A program made the translations under genes and the position numbers. Below the pieces are notes generated by a model that was not told the origin of the DNA, did no database searches, and saw only the letters and a program-made list of their open reading frames with translations. From the human T2T-CHM13v2.0 reference genome, Homo sapiens, in NCBI RefSeq assembly GCF_009914755.1, contig NC_060933.1: DNA of 64,000 nucleotides, one strand, 5' to 3'. This document shows positions 12,523-29,640 of the stretch, piece by piece; positions within the stretch are counted from its first letter, which is position 1, and every line of letters begins with the position of its first letter.

Positions 12523-13924
12523 CTACAAGGGAGGGCCTCTAAGGGGGCTGCCTGCCCAGAAGCCCCAACCTCAGAGGAGGGCTCAGAGCTCAGTTCTAGC
12601 TCCTCACCCCCATGCCCTGGGCCTCCCTGGCGTTGCCTCGAAGACCCTCTGCCATGCCCTCTTCCTCCAGAGCCTTCCCTCCTCACTGCCTCCTCTCCTT
12701 GCCCCTGCTGAGGCCTCTCAGACCTGAGCCACTGAGAGCCGGGTGGAGCGGCAGAGTTAGAAGCTCTTACTACAAACATCCAAGCACCTCAGCCCCAGGC
12801 CCACCTGAAGTTTTGGGGTGAGGCAGGGCTGCAAGGAGGGGATGGCTGGCATGCATTGCACCCCCTCAGAGTCCCTCACACTTCAGGCTGACCTGAAGGA
12901 AGTTTCTTCAAGGGATCTCCAAATCCATCCATGCCTGACTCTGCCAGGAACCCCTCCCTACACACACACACACTCCACCGCAATTCCCACAATGCTGGAA
13001 CAGTGGGGCCCTAACTGTCTTGCCCTCAGCTTCATTTCCACTGACCTCAGGCGGCATTCCTAAGCTGCTGCTTCTTGCCCATCCCTCACGGCTCCTCAGA
13101 TAATGCTGCCTTCACAGGGGAAGGGGCCTACCTTCAGGCCCATTACCCTCAGTCTAGAGCCACTGTTCCCTTCAGCCCTGGCTCCTGTGCTATCCTCTCC
13201 CTCTGCAGAGGCCTCCGTCTCCCCCATACCTTCCATCCTCCCATTGATCGGTTCCCACACACTGGAGTCTCATCCTTCCCAGCAAACTGTCCCACCCCTG
13301 CCCAGTGTCCTTCTCCAGCTGTGGGTTCCTGGTTGCCCCCTCCCTGTTTCAGTCAGGCTGCAGGAGAGAACACACTGGCCAGCTGCTTCACCCCTTCCCT
13401 CGCACCCCCTCCTCAATCTGGCTTCCATTTCCACATGTCACAGACACCAAAGCTCTCTCCAAGGGCTCCAGCAACCTCCTGATTTTCCAAAGGTCTTTTC
13501 AGGCATGGTTTTACCACGTAGACAGTCTCAGCTATGCCTGATGCGCTGAAATTCCCGTCATCTCCGTGGGGGAGCCAGATGCCTATTTGCAAATCCCCAC
13601 TGCAACTCTCCTGGTGTTCCGTGGACGTCTCAGGCTCTGTTGAAGGTTCGCCATCTCACAGCACACCTGCTCCTCACTCTATGTTCCCCATCCCCGTTGG
13701 CCGAGCCAGAAACTCAGATGTTGCAAATGATAGTTAAGCACTATTATTCTCCCCCACTTGACAGATGGGTAATCTGAAGCTTAGAGAACTTGAATGGCTT
13801 GTCCAAGGTCACACAGCCTGTACATGGTGAGCCAGGATTAAATCCAGGCAGTTACCTGTGCCAGATGGCCTCAAACCAAACAACTGCGCTGCTCCATGCA
13901 TGCCTTGCTTTCTTGTGCCTCTGT

Positions 13925-14545
<621 letters not shown>

Positions 14546-14554
14546 AGAATATCC

Positions 14555-14720
14555 TAATAATTTTACATTGATTGCATCTTGAAATAGGATTTTGGCTATA
14601 TGGGTTAATTATTAAAATTAATTTCACCTGTTGCTTTTTACCTTTTTAATGTGGATACTAGAAAAAATTAAATTATACAGATGGCTTGTATTGTATTTCC
14701 CCTGGAGAACTCTGTTCTAG
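14555..14720 (-). mobile_element. hAT-Charlie (MER33-like) DNA transposon fragment
   Basis: attaaaattaatttcacctgttgctttttacctttttaatgtggatactagaaaa resembles the MER33 consensus as recalled. Confidence 0.55.
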
Positions 14721-14825
14721 AGTTGATAAAGGAGAAAACCTGAAGAATTGTAGACATAAGGGCCAAAGTCAAAGCCGACAGAGGAGAAGGCCCCAGGAGA
14801 GGGTACAAGGTAAGAAGGCAGACCA

Positions 14826-15239
<414 letters not shown>

Positions 15240-15877
15240 TCAGTGGAGAAACTTCAGTATGTTTATAGGCTGAGAGAGGGATGGGCTGAAGATAAAGGAC
15301 AGAGAAAAAGGACAGAGTAAAGTACCTGAATAGGCTGGACAGCTGGATTGGTGCAGAAGTGGAGGTGTCCTCCAGGAAGGAGAGGACCCCACCCCAGCCA
15401 AGGGGTGATATGTGGATACACGGGTGGTTAATGGGTCTGGTGGTAAGAGGGACAAGAGGGTGAGCTGAACATAGGAAGTGTTGATTATTTTACCTATCAA
15501 GCAGCAGATCAAGCCATTTGCTGATTTAAAAAAAAAAAGAGTACAGAGCAGCTTTGGGGAAGTCTGAGAAAATGTGAAATAACCCAGATATGGTGGGGGA
15601 GAGGCAGCTGAGCAGGGCCCACTGGGTCCCTCAGAAGCCCCAGGACAGGAGCAGGGGAGCCCAGAGCTAGGCTGGCTTCAGATCCAGGATAAGATACAGC
15701 AGGAGAGGACAGGAACAGATGGGGGTGCAGGGGGGAGTGAGGTCAGGACAGGTTGACAGGCTGGCAGGGTCAAGAGGTAGAGGGACTGGAGGAGGCATGG
15801 AGGGTCTGAAAACAGAGGGGCCCCCATGGCCTTTCCCGCATTCCAATACCATGTGCTAAAAATACTGGATGAGCATA

Positions 15878-16180
15878 GGCCAGGTGTGGTGGCTCACGCC
15901 TGTAATCCCAGCACTTTGGGAGACCGAGGCAGGCCGATCATGAGGTCAGGAGTTTGAGACCTGCTTAGCCAACATGGTGAAACCCCGTCTCTACTAAAGA
16001 TACAAAAAATTAGCCAGGTGTGGTGGCACATGCCTGTAATCCCAGCTACTCGGCAGGCTGAGGCAGGAGAATCACTTGAACCCGGGAGGCAGAGCAGTGA
16101 GCTGAGATCACACCACTGCACTCCAGCCTGGGCAACAGGGTGAGACTCTGTCTCAAAAAAATAAAATAAATAAAATAAAA
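15878..16180 (+). mobile_element. AluS (Sg-like) element
   Basis: Full dimer, (TAAAA)n tail, TSD aaaatactgg(a/g)tgag. Confidence 0.93.
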
Positions 16181-17080
16181 TACTGGGTGAGTGAATGAAC
16201 CCCACATGATTCCTTGTGTCAGGGTTGCCAACTGGCAACTCATGCACCTAATTCATCCAGCGCACAGATTTTGTTTAGATAACTTGGTTTTGAAGAACAG
16301 AAGTTTCCGTCTCTCTTGAAAAATGAGCAGCTCAAGCAACACTGGCCTGCATTCCACCCTCCATGGCAACAGTCAGCTGGAGTGGCAGCAGCTCTACAGC
16401 CTTGCACAGATTGGCACTCTGCAGCCAGCCAAAGTCCCCACCGCCCTGAGTTGCCGCTCTCTTGGCCCCCGTAGCATGTGATCTACAACCCTTGCCCCGT
16501 GTCTCATGTGTATGGCTGGTTTTCCAGGGCCCGGATGGCTCCAGCCCCTCCTCTCCCTGATCAGTGAATGTGGCCCAGCCCATCCAACTCTCCCCCACAG
16601 CCAGGAGGCCAGCTCCAAGGGCAACACACCTGGAAGCTGCAACACGGATCAGTCCACTTCCCTTGTCCTGGCTGCAATAAATGGGGCCAAGGTCACACTA
16701 GCTTTTTTGGCAAAACTTCACCCTGGTGACTCACTGAGATTCCTATATATATATTTACAAAAAAAAAAAAAAAAGCCCTCACTTCTTGGCACAGCCTGGC
16801 AACTAAAAATAACAACACCACAATATCCGATATAGGCTTACGCCTCACAAAGTTCTTTTACAAGTGCTACTGTCTTCAATCCTCACAACAAATCTGCACA
16901 GCAAGAATTTTTCTCCCACTCTATAAATGGGGAAACTGAGGCCGAGAGAGGCATCTTGAACTACCTGAAAGTGAGGACTTTACCCTGGCTGGGGGAGCAT
17001 TAACAAGCCAGTCTTTAAAAGCTGGCAATATTTAAGCTAAGGTAAGAGCATAGAGGTTAAGGGTCAAGACTGTGATATTG

Positions 17081-17590
<510 letters not shown>

Positions 17591-17980
17591 CAACAAAAGG
17601 AAGAGGAACACAGATGTGGGCAGGTATCAAGCATGTGGGCGGTGCCTATTTCCCTAACAGCTCTCAGAGGATGCACCCTCCTGCCTCCGAGGCTCCAAGG
17701 GTTAACAGCCCTCATGGGGCTGGAATGTCTTGTGGTAAGTGAATTACTTTGCCCTGGATTAAGGAGGGACAGGATCCAACTGCTGTCCTCACAGCTCAGG
17801 AGCCAAAGCAGGTGGGGAGGTAAGAGAGGAGTAGGGGAGGGCCAGAGACAGAGAGGAGACAGCAGCTAGAGCACCCGTCCTAATAACAAGGGACCAATAC
17901 ATGGGTACCACACTGGGTGCTGAGACTTGGCCTTCTTCACACAAGTCCTCCTGTTAACCAATAAGGAAGCTAAAGTTGTG

Positions 17981-18272
17981 GGCTGGGAGAGGTGACTCAC
18001 GCCAGCAATCCCAGCACTTTGGGAGGCCGAGGCAGGAAGGTCACCTGAATTCGGGAGTTCGAGACCAGTCTGGCCAACATGGTGAAACCCCATCTCTACT
18101 AAAAATAGAAAAATTAGCTGAGCACAGTGGCACATGCCTGTAGTCCCAGCTACTCAAAAGGCTGAGGCAAGAGAGTCACTTGAGTATGGGAGGTGGGGGC
18201 TGCAGTGAGCTGAGATCGTACCACTGCACTCCATCCTAGGAGACAGAGTGAGACCCTGTCTCAAAAACAAGA
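17981..18272 (+). mobile_element. Alu element
   Basis: Full dimer; TSD aagctaaa(g/t)ttgtg. Confidence 0.92.
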
Positions 18273-18769
18273 AAGCTAAATTTGTGAACAGTTAAGATAC
18301 TTGTGGATAGTCGCACAGCTAGAAGATAACAGAGCTAGGATTCAAACACAGCTCCAAAGCCCACGAAGGCCTAATTCTACACGATATAAGTGAGAAGTCA
18401 GGCTTTAAGCCAGGGAGAGACCTGCCCAAGGCAACTGGTCACTCAGTGGCAGGGTCAGGCTAAGAAACCTGGTGTTCCAATTTCCTCTCTCCCTTGAGCT
18501 CCATGGGCCCCACCACACACACGAACAGCCTCTCTCACCCCACCTTCCTCTAGCATGCACCTGGCTGCCTTTGCCTCCCTTCCCAGAGGCTGCCCCTTCT
18601 TTCTCTAGACCCTGGACCCTGCATAAGATGCAATAAACATGGCTACAGTCATGTTAAGGGCAGAGGCTCACTGGGGTAAGTGGCAGGGCTGAAGCAGGTG
18701 GAGAGGGAGCAACCTCACATCCCACCTGCAGTCTGGATTCTGTCCCAATCACACACTAAAGAAGAGCCC

Positions 18770-19500
18770 TTGTCAAGGTTACCAGCAACCTCCACATTGG
18801 CAAACCCTAAGGCCCCTTGCCAGTGCTCACCTTGCGTGGCCCATCTGCCGCTGCCCATGCCGCTGATGGCTTCTTCCTGGTGGAACCACTGCCCCCCTCT
18901 GTCATGCAGTCGGCTCTGGTTCTCCTCCCACCTCTCTGACCATTCCTTCTCAGGCTCCTTTGCGTGCCCCTCTTCATTCCTCAGGGCTCTGTCCTCAAAC
19001 CATCCTTTTCTCTTTCTGTACACTCCTTCTAGACAGTGTTGACAACCACCACCTGTGTTGTGATGAACTTCAACTTTTTCCTTCCAGACCAAGCCTCTCC
19101 TGAGCTCCAGCCCCTTGCCTGTGTTTAACTATCTCCTGGATTTCCCTACAGGCATCTTGCCTCTCACCCTGTGCTGGGCCCCGTGCTCCAGAACAGCTCA
19201 TCGGCGCTTTGCCCACATGTTCTGCTGGCAGAGTCTCCCCGATTCCATCTTCCACAGCCCTCTCAAACATGTGCTTTCTTCTCCAACCCCAGATCAGTCA
19301 TCACCCTCTCTCTGTCCCAGATCAAAAACAGCCTCTTAACTGGTTCCTTCTTGCCAGCCTTGCCTGTCCTGCTTATGCTCCACACTGCACCCAAAATTAC
19401 CTTTAAAATCCAAATCTGATCATGTCACTCCCCTGCTTGCCAGCCTTCAACATCGCCCATTGCCCTCTGGATTCATTATCAGAGCCTGATCATCAAGTTT
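18770..19500 (+). mobile_element. L2 LINE remnant
   Basis: L2-like motifs: ctctggttctcctcccacctctctgaccattccttctcag; aaatctgatcatgtcactcccctgct. Confidence 0.6.
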
Positions 19501-19519
19501 CTCTTCAATCTCTCTCTCT

Positions 19520-19829
<310 letters not shown>

Positions 19830-20106
19830 TCTTCAATCTCTTTACTCTGGGTTTCCCTTCTCCCCATTTCCAGCCTTGCCCCGGATACCCCAGTGCATGG
19901 TTTCATTTGACCCCCACATATTATGAGCCCTTTCTGTCCAAAAAGACTTGATGAGAAAGCCCCCCCCCCTTACTTTCCTCGCTGCTTCCCCAGGCTCCCA
20001 GCTCAGAGGCAAGGAATGGACAATGTGACCCATGGGGTCAGAATGGGGAGGGGGTCATGGAAGGCCCTGGCAGAGCCCACCCACTTCGTGCTGCCCGCCC
20101 ACTCAC

Positions 20107-20236
20107 CATCATGACATATGTGTTCATGAACTCGGCCAGGAACTCTCGCGCCATCTTCCTCTCATCTTCCTCGCATCATATTTCCTGGATCTTTGCTATC
20201 ACGGACCAGGAGACCATTTTGGAGCCACGGGTGGAC
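20107..20236 (-). pseudogene. AQP7: AQP7 pseudogene exon 3 (130 nt; ~12-nt insertion and in-frame TGA)
   Basis: tatcag|gtccaccc ... atgatg|gtgagt; STRGSKMVSWSVIAKIQEI*CEEDERKMAREFLAEFMNTYVMM. Confidence 0.95.
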
Positions 20237-21078
20237 CTGATACAGTGGCCCGAGCTCATGGACAGAAAGGAGACTCAAGTCTGCCTGCTGCCCATCGGCT
20301 CTTCAACTCACAGCTGAGTTAATAGGTAACCCAGCAGACTTGCCACACACACCTCCTCTTGCCCGGGGCAGCTGGGACAGCTGGAATTGGAGACACTTGA
20401 GAGCCATGGGGACATGGAGAGGAACTGGGGTAGATGGCCAAGCCATGCCCCTTGTAGTTGGGACTGGACCAGTAAAAATGGCACACCAATGAGGCCACTT
20501 TGCAGACGGACAGGTGGGGAGCTGAAAGTGCAATCCACGGTGCCAACAAGCCTCTGGGAAAAAGTAGGGTGGGAGAGAGCAGGCTGGAAAGTAGAGCTCA
20601 GTAGTCTATGTCTGTCCATCTGTCTGTCTGCCTATCTGCTAGAGCCAGAACTTTGGGGTCACAGGCCAGGGCCTGGCAACAGTGAGGCACTCTACAAACA
20701 GCATGAAGTGTGACAAAGTCTGCTGCCGAGCTCTGTAAACAGCACTGAGCACTGAAACATGCGCCAGGTTCTGTCAAAAATGAAGGGGTCAGCAAAATGC
20801 ACCAGGCTGTGCAACCAGGTCAGTGCAAACAGAGGTTTGTGAGAGAGTGAGTGAATGAATGAATGAATGACCAAGAGAGCGGGAGGGAGAAAAGGAAGGA
20901 CTGGATCTACTTCCTGGTGTATCTTCAGTGCCCAGCACCATGCCAGGCACATAGTAGATGTGCAATAAGTATTTGTTGAATGGGTGAAAACTGGGGAATC
21001 TGTCTTACTCCCAACTAGATCCTCAGAGCTTGCCAAAGGGCCTGGCACTTGATTTATATTTAGTTAAGTGCACGGTTA

Positions 21079-21502
<424 letters not shown>

Positions 21503-21591
21503 GAGGAAGAAGAGGGATACAGATACCTCTAAGTGTGGCCTTAGTCACTCTGCTATCTCACTGTCTGCATGCCCGGAAGCTGACACCAGCC

Positions 21592-23308
<1,717 letters not shown>

Positions 23309-23989
23309 TGGCATGAGATGGGCAGAGAGGGGCCAGGGCCAGGTGGCAGAAGGCCTCATGGCCCACATTAGGGAGTCTGAACTCTACCAGAGGGCCATGG
23401 GCCAAGTGGAGGGTTTCAGCAGGAGAGCTGCCTCCCCTGTGGAGGCCAGGATGGAGGAAGTGGAGTGGAGGCAGGGTGAGCATCAGCTTCTCCACAGATG
23501 GGTGGAGAAGTGGTGGCAGTCTGAGCCACAAGGATGGCAGTGCCAATGGCCACAAGAGCACAGTCAAGCTGACAGGCTTGGTGTTCGGTTAGAGAGGGAA
23601 GGGAGCGGGGCAGCTCAGCGATGCCCTCAGGTCCTGGCTAGGGCAGCGGAATGACTAGCGTGGGGCACAGCAGAGAAGCTGTGGAAGAATGGACAAGTAG
23701 GCCCTTTCTGGACATGTTGAGTGTGAGGAGCCTGCTAGACACTTGGGTGGGATGGCCAGTGAGGAGGCAGCTGGTCATGTGGTCTCACTTACAGACACAT
23801 TTGGAGGACAGCAAATCACAGATGGTCATCTGAGCCATGGGCATAGATGAGAGAGCTCAAGGAGAGGGTACAGACTAAGAAGAGGGGCCCAAGAAAGCCA
23901 GCCTACAAAGCAAGAAACTGACAGCCAACCAGATCCCCTAAGTAATCTGTTAACCAAGGAACTAAATAGCTAACAACTCACTAACGCCT

Positions 23990-24309
23990 GTTTCTTTTCT
24001 TTTTCTTTTTCTTTTTTTTTTTGAGACAGGGTCTCACTCTGTCACCCAGGCTGAAGTGCAGTGGCACAGTCACAGCTCACTGAAGCCTAGACTTCCCAGG
24101 GTTCAAGTGATCCTCCCACCTCAGCCTCCCAAGTAGTTGGGACTACAGGAGCATGCCACCATGACCGGCTATTTTTTCCTATTTTTTGTAGAGATGGGGT
24201 TTTGCCATGTTACCAAAGCTGGTCCCAAACTCCTGGACTCAAGCAATCCTCCAGCCTCAGCCTCCCAAGGTGCAGGGATTTCAGGCATGAGCCAACATGC
24301 CCGGTGGCT
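23990..24309 (-). mobile_element. AluJ-like element
   Basis: T-rich tail, gagacagggtctcactctgtcacc..., ctcctggactcaagcaatcctcc. Confidence 0.9.
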
Positions 24310-24479
24310 TATTAACCCTTTGACTAACCTATCAAAAACCAACTAACTGATTCTCCTGTTAACCAGCTATTAACTCATTGAATTATCTAATCAACCAGTC
24401 AACCATAAACTATCCAACTAACCACGAGCCAACAATTCAACCTGCTAACCAACATTTCTTCATTCAACAAACATTTGTT

Positions 24480-24803
<324 letters not shown>

Positions 24804-25658
24804 TCAAGCACCAGGGATACAAAGTCAAAACCCACTCTCCACTCTTGGGTCACTCTGTTTAATAGAAGAGATGGGTAATGGCAACACCACCAGAGAGAAG
24901 CAGCCTGGGACTGGGGGAACTCAGGGGAGGCATGGGAGGTGAGGCCTGAAGGGAGTTTTGAAGAATGGGCGGGTGGTGGCCTGACATGGCCATGGGGGAG
25001 TAGGGTGGTGGTAGAAAGAATGGTGGAAGCTGTGCACATTCTAGATATTTTAGGAGATTGGTGACTGGATGTGAGGCATGGGGAAGAGGGAAGTATCAAG
25101 GACATGACCTTGACTTCTGGCTTGAGCAACTGAAGAGAAGGGGACCCCTGACTGAGCCAAGAGCACAGGAGGAGTGGACTTGTGGGGGGCGGAGGAGGCT
25201 GTTTCCATCTAGGAGCTGAGTTGCCTGTGAGACACCAGTGGGTCTCTAGAAACAGGATCTAAAGCCCTGGAAAGAGACGTAGGCTAGAGGCAATGATGTC
25301 AACAGAGGGGCACTATTCGTTCTCTCCGTCCAAGTGTACAACAGGCAAATATCCCTGCTTGCGTGGAGCTGACAGCAATGAAATGTAATAAGTAAGTACA
25401 TTTGTATAAGCGAAGGTACCAGCTCCTATGGGAAAAAACAGAGCAAGGAGAGGGGAATTGGGAGTGCAGGGGCTGGAGATGGGGTGTGATTTCAAATAGG
25501 CAGTCAGAGTAATCCTTGTTGAGAAGGTGGCCTTGGAGCAAAGCCATGAAGGAGATGAGAGTGGGCTGTATGTTAACTGCAGAAAGCCTCTCAGATGGAG
25601 GGAATAGTCACCAGAGGACTCTCAGCATGTTTGAAGAAAGCAAAGAAAGTCAGTGTGA

Positions 25659-26081
<423 letters not shown>

Positions 26082-26442
26082 CTAACAAGGACTACATAGG
26101 CAGGGCCTTGGCCATTGCAAGGACTGGCTCTTTTTCACCCCAAAGACAGCTGAGCCTGAGAGGGTGAGAGGTGCTGAGTGCAGTTGAGTTGAAGGCCACC
26201 TGCATGCCTTGACCCTCATCCAAGTATTTCTGAGCCTCCCCTCACCCCAGGACCCAGCCCAGGCAACAGGTGGAAGATGCTTTTCTTCTGGGACCTCAGA
26301 GGCGAGTGGGTGGGTGGGGAGGAGGAGGTCGAGGGGGGACAGCTGCCCCAAGGGAGAGGCTGAGGATGGAGCAGGGAGGGCACTGAAGTGGGCTGGGTGG
26401 AGGACAGGGGGCTGGAGGGTGAGAAGAGGGTGGGGTACTTAC

Positions 26443-26493
26443 CGCCTGTGCCCAGATGCTTGAACCATGTTTTGTCCTTCAGATTTGTAGATG
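26443..26493 (-). pseudogene. AQP7: AQP7 pseudogene exon 2 (51 nt; start ATG at 26468-26466)
   Basis: tcctcag|catctacaaatctgaaggacaaaacATGGTTCAAGCATCTGGGCACAGGCG|gtaagt. Confidence 0.93.
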
Positions 26494-26905
26494 CTGAGGA
26501 GCCAAAGAGAGGTCACTAGGGCTGGAGGACACAGAACTTGGCCCCACACTTCCATCAGACCTTTGTCCCCAGGGGAGAAGCCCTGGGGCAGCTCCTGCTA
26601 GTGCCACTCCCTTAACCCAGCCAAGGAACAGGGAGGGAGGAGCGGTGCTCAGCCAATGAGGCGACGCCCTGGAGCCCCACCCCACCCATGCTGGCCCCAG
26701 GACCCCAACCCCAGGCCAGACCCTCCAGTGCTCCTGCTGACCTTCCCTGTCTGCAGCCCAGCTTTGGACTGTGGAGATGCCCTCAGCCTCTACTCAGTGG
26801 CTCCAGCCTCATATTTGCGTGCTATACCTTTAACCTCAAGTTCTCTTGCTGCTAACTTAAGCTGTGACTGTCCAGGACCTGCACACACACATATATGCAC
26901 GCATG

Positions 26906-26933
<28 letters not shown>
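26906..26933. repeat. (CA)n microsatellite in AQP7 intron 1
   Basis: Pure CA run preceded by a degenerate CA/TA tract. Confidence 0.95.
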
Positions 26934-26936
<3 letters not shown>

Positions 26937-27590
26937 GGTGAACACACAGGATGAGGCCCTGAAAACTCATTTCACCCGTGTACCTCACCCAAAAATTCCC
27001 CTTTGTACTCCTATCTTTATCTCTAACAGACAGCATGAAGGTAGCCCGAAGTCCCCTCACCCTGTCTGTCCTCCTGATTCTCTAGCCCAGTTCCCTCTAG
27101 CTCCAGCACAGACTCTTATCTCCAGCCCTGACTGCTGAAACCCTCCAGCCCCAGCTCCAGCCCCTCAGGAGGGGACTGCGTGGGAGGAATGACTCCAGCA
27201 AGCCGGCAGCTGACCCGTCTCTGGCCTGCATGCCTCCCCCTGTGGTCCACTGCCGGTGGTCTTCAGCTCTCTCCTCGTCCCACCCCCATGGTCTGCTGAC
27301 AGCCCAGCCCAGTGCATCCCTGCCATCTCTGCTCTACCGCTGGTCCTCCCAACAACCAACTTACAGGTAAGGAAACTGAGGCCCAGAGAGAAGGTGTATG
27401 TGCCTGTGTCACACAGCAACACAGGACTGCACCATAACAAGAAAGCCGGGACTTCCACTCCCAGCCGGGGCTCCTTCCCCAAACAATCCCTCAGTCACCT
27501 CCTCGCTGTATGGTACCCAGGGAATGACCCTTCCAGATCTGGGCACTGAGGAGGCTGCCCCATCCCCACCCTGCCTGGAGCCCCACTCAC

Positions 27591-27740
27591 TCTGCTGAAA
27601 TGTCTTCTGATTCTCAGCCTCTGCCTTGGGGGCTTCTCAGTTAAAGCGCATCTTGATCTTGTTCCTCTGTGACTGTCTCTGGCTCAGCTTCCACCCCCAG
27701 CTGGGGCTCAGCTATCCCTGTGTCCCCAGTCCAGAGCCTG
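27591..27740 (-). pseudogene. AQP7: AQP7 pseudogene exon 1 (non-coding; 5' limit approximate)
   Basis: Donor tttcagcaga|gtgagt at 27591; sequence matches my recollection of the AQP7 5' UTR (gggacacagggatagctgagccccagctggggg...gaacaagatcaagatgcgc). Confidence 0.75.
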
Positions 27741-27787
27741 CCTCTCAGCCCTCCCAAGGCGGCCTTGAGCGCTGCTCCTGCTCCTCC

Positions 27788-27800
27788 AGGGGAGAGGTCA
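27788..27800 (+). promoter_or_regulatory. DR1-type PPAR response element of the AQP7 promoter
   Basis: AGGGGA-G-AGGTCA just upstream of exon 1; AQP7 is an established PPARgamma target through a proximal PPRE. Confidence 0.75.
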
Positions 27801-27852
27801 GTAAGGCAGGGATTTGGCTGGTGCCACTTGAACCAAGTCCAGATGCACTGCC

Positions 27853-27859
27853 CAAAATA
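27853..27859 (-). promoter_or_regulatory. Putative insulin response element core (TATTTTG)
   Basis: caaaata on +, matching T(G/A)TTTT(G/T), ~55 bp upstream of the PPRE. The motif is short and could be chance. Confidence 0.4.
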
Positions 27860-28955
27860 ACATCCCTCGTCTGGCCAGCAGTGCAGTGGAGACTGAGTTC
27901 TGAAGCAGGCCTTTGTGAGGTCAGAGGTGGAGTTCTGGGTGGGCACTCTGGGCCTCACAGTCCCAGAGGAAAGGCCTGTCCTCCAAGCCAATGTGCAGCC
28001 TGACTCTGGGGCCAGCGCCTGAGGAAGCCCTCCCTGAGCCCCAGCCCTGGGGAAGGCTGAAGAGGCCTCTGAGCTCCCAGCGCTGGGGAGCGCTGTGCAG
28101 AATAGGACTGGAGGTGGAAGTGTTGGAGATTAACAGCCAGATGGAGGGGACGGGGGGAGGCCCTGGGTCAGTCCTCAGGGAACCCCCATTCTGAAGGGGG
28201 AGAGGGAAACTCAGGCCCAGTCCTCAGGGGCCCCCAGTCTGAGAGGAAGGAGGACACACGAGCCATATTTGCAGAGAAACACCAGCCTGCGAGAGGAGGT
28301 AGAAGCCCAGGCCTGGCCCTCTGAGGGCCCCTAGTCTGAGGAGCAGTCCACCTGCCCTCGGGAAAACACCTCCCTTAGGAAAGGCCAGCAAGGCCCCCGT
28401 AAAGGAGCCACAGCTGGATCGGGGCATGGGGCTCGGGGCCCAGCGGTGTGGGAGCTCCGGGACCGAGGTGCAGTCAGGAGAGACCCTGGGGGCCAGTGGC
28501 AGTCCAAGAGGACTTTTGGAGCCAAGGCCTGACTGGGTCTCAAACAATGGGGCAGGCAGTTTGGGGTTTCAGCAGGTGGCCCAGTGCTGAGACACAAGGG
28601 AGTTGTTTCTGGTCTGCAGACACTGAGGACACTTGCTATGTGGCGTGGTGGATGGTGGGTAAGTCCTGGGAATTTCTGGCACCAGGTTCCCTGGGTGGGA
28701 AGGGGCATAGGATTCAGTTGTCCAAAGCTCAGGTGTGGGAATGGAACTGTCCTGTAGAGGGTGCCAAAGACCAGGTCTGGAAACTGCATAGCCCCAGTCC
28801 CCACCCCCACACACACCATCCCACCCCTTCCAGCTTTTTCTGCAGATCTTTCTGCAGGGGTGAGGCAGGGAGAGGAAGGGGTCGGCCGCAGTTCTGGGGC
28901 TTCCTAGTCAGAAGCCCTCTGTAAGGCACTAACTTCCCTCTTCCCTCTGCAGATT

Positions 28956-29253
28956 TTTTTTTTTTTTTTTTTTGAGACGGAGTCCTACTCCACCCAGGCT
29001 GGAGTGCAGTGGCACAATCTTGTCTCACCACAGTCTCTGCCTCCCAGTTCAAGTGATTCTCCTGCCTCAGCCTCCCAAGTAGCTCGGATTACAGGCATGC
29101 ACCACCAAGCCCAGCTAGTTTTTTTGGATTTTTAGTAAAGACGGGGTGTCACCATATTGATCAGGCTGGTTTCGAACTCCTGACCTCAGGTAATCCACCC
29201 GCCTCGGCCTCCCAAAGTACTGGGATTATAGGTGTGAGCCACTGTGCCCGGCC
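28956..29253 (-). mobile_element. AluS element with perfect 14-bp TSD
   Basis: TSD tccctctgcagatt at 28942-28955 and 29254-29267. Confidence 0.94.
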
Positions 29254-29532
29254 TCCCTCTGCAGATTCTACATGGGCTCTAGGCAGCCTCTAAATTGCCT
29301 GAACACCTAAGGCTTATTTGCTAGTTGACATCCGATCTATTCTGACACTGAAAATTTCAGTGCTTTAGGGTGCTAAAAGGAAAAAAGAGGGTTTGCAAGG
29401 AATCCTGCAGTTGCTGAGGGGGTACCCTGATAAGGGAATTTTAAGCAATTACAGTAAGTGTCACTAAACTTTTAAAAAAATCTTTAACCAGATTAAACTT
29501 ACACAATTTTTTTATAATTTGTGTTTCTGCAG

Positions 29533-29640
29533 CTTCCAATTGTGGACAAGATAAGGACCATTGCCCAGGCTGTCTATGGAGCCAAAGATATCGAACTCTG
29601 TCCTGAGGCACAAGTCAAAATAGATCGTTACACTCAGCAG
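29533..29640 (+). pseudogene. MTHFD1L: MTHFD1L duplicated gene fragment, first retained exon (108 nt; formyltetrahydrofolate synthetase C-terminal region)
   Basis: ttctgcag|CTTCCA...CAGCAG|gtaaaa; [36 protein letters not shown]; phase 0-0, open frame. Confidence 0.93.
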
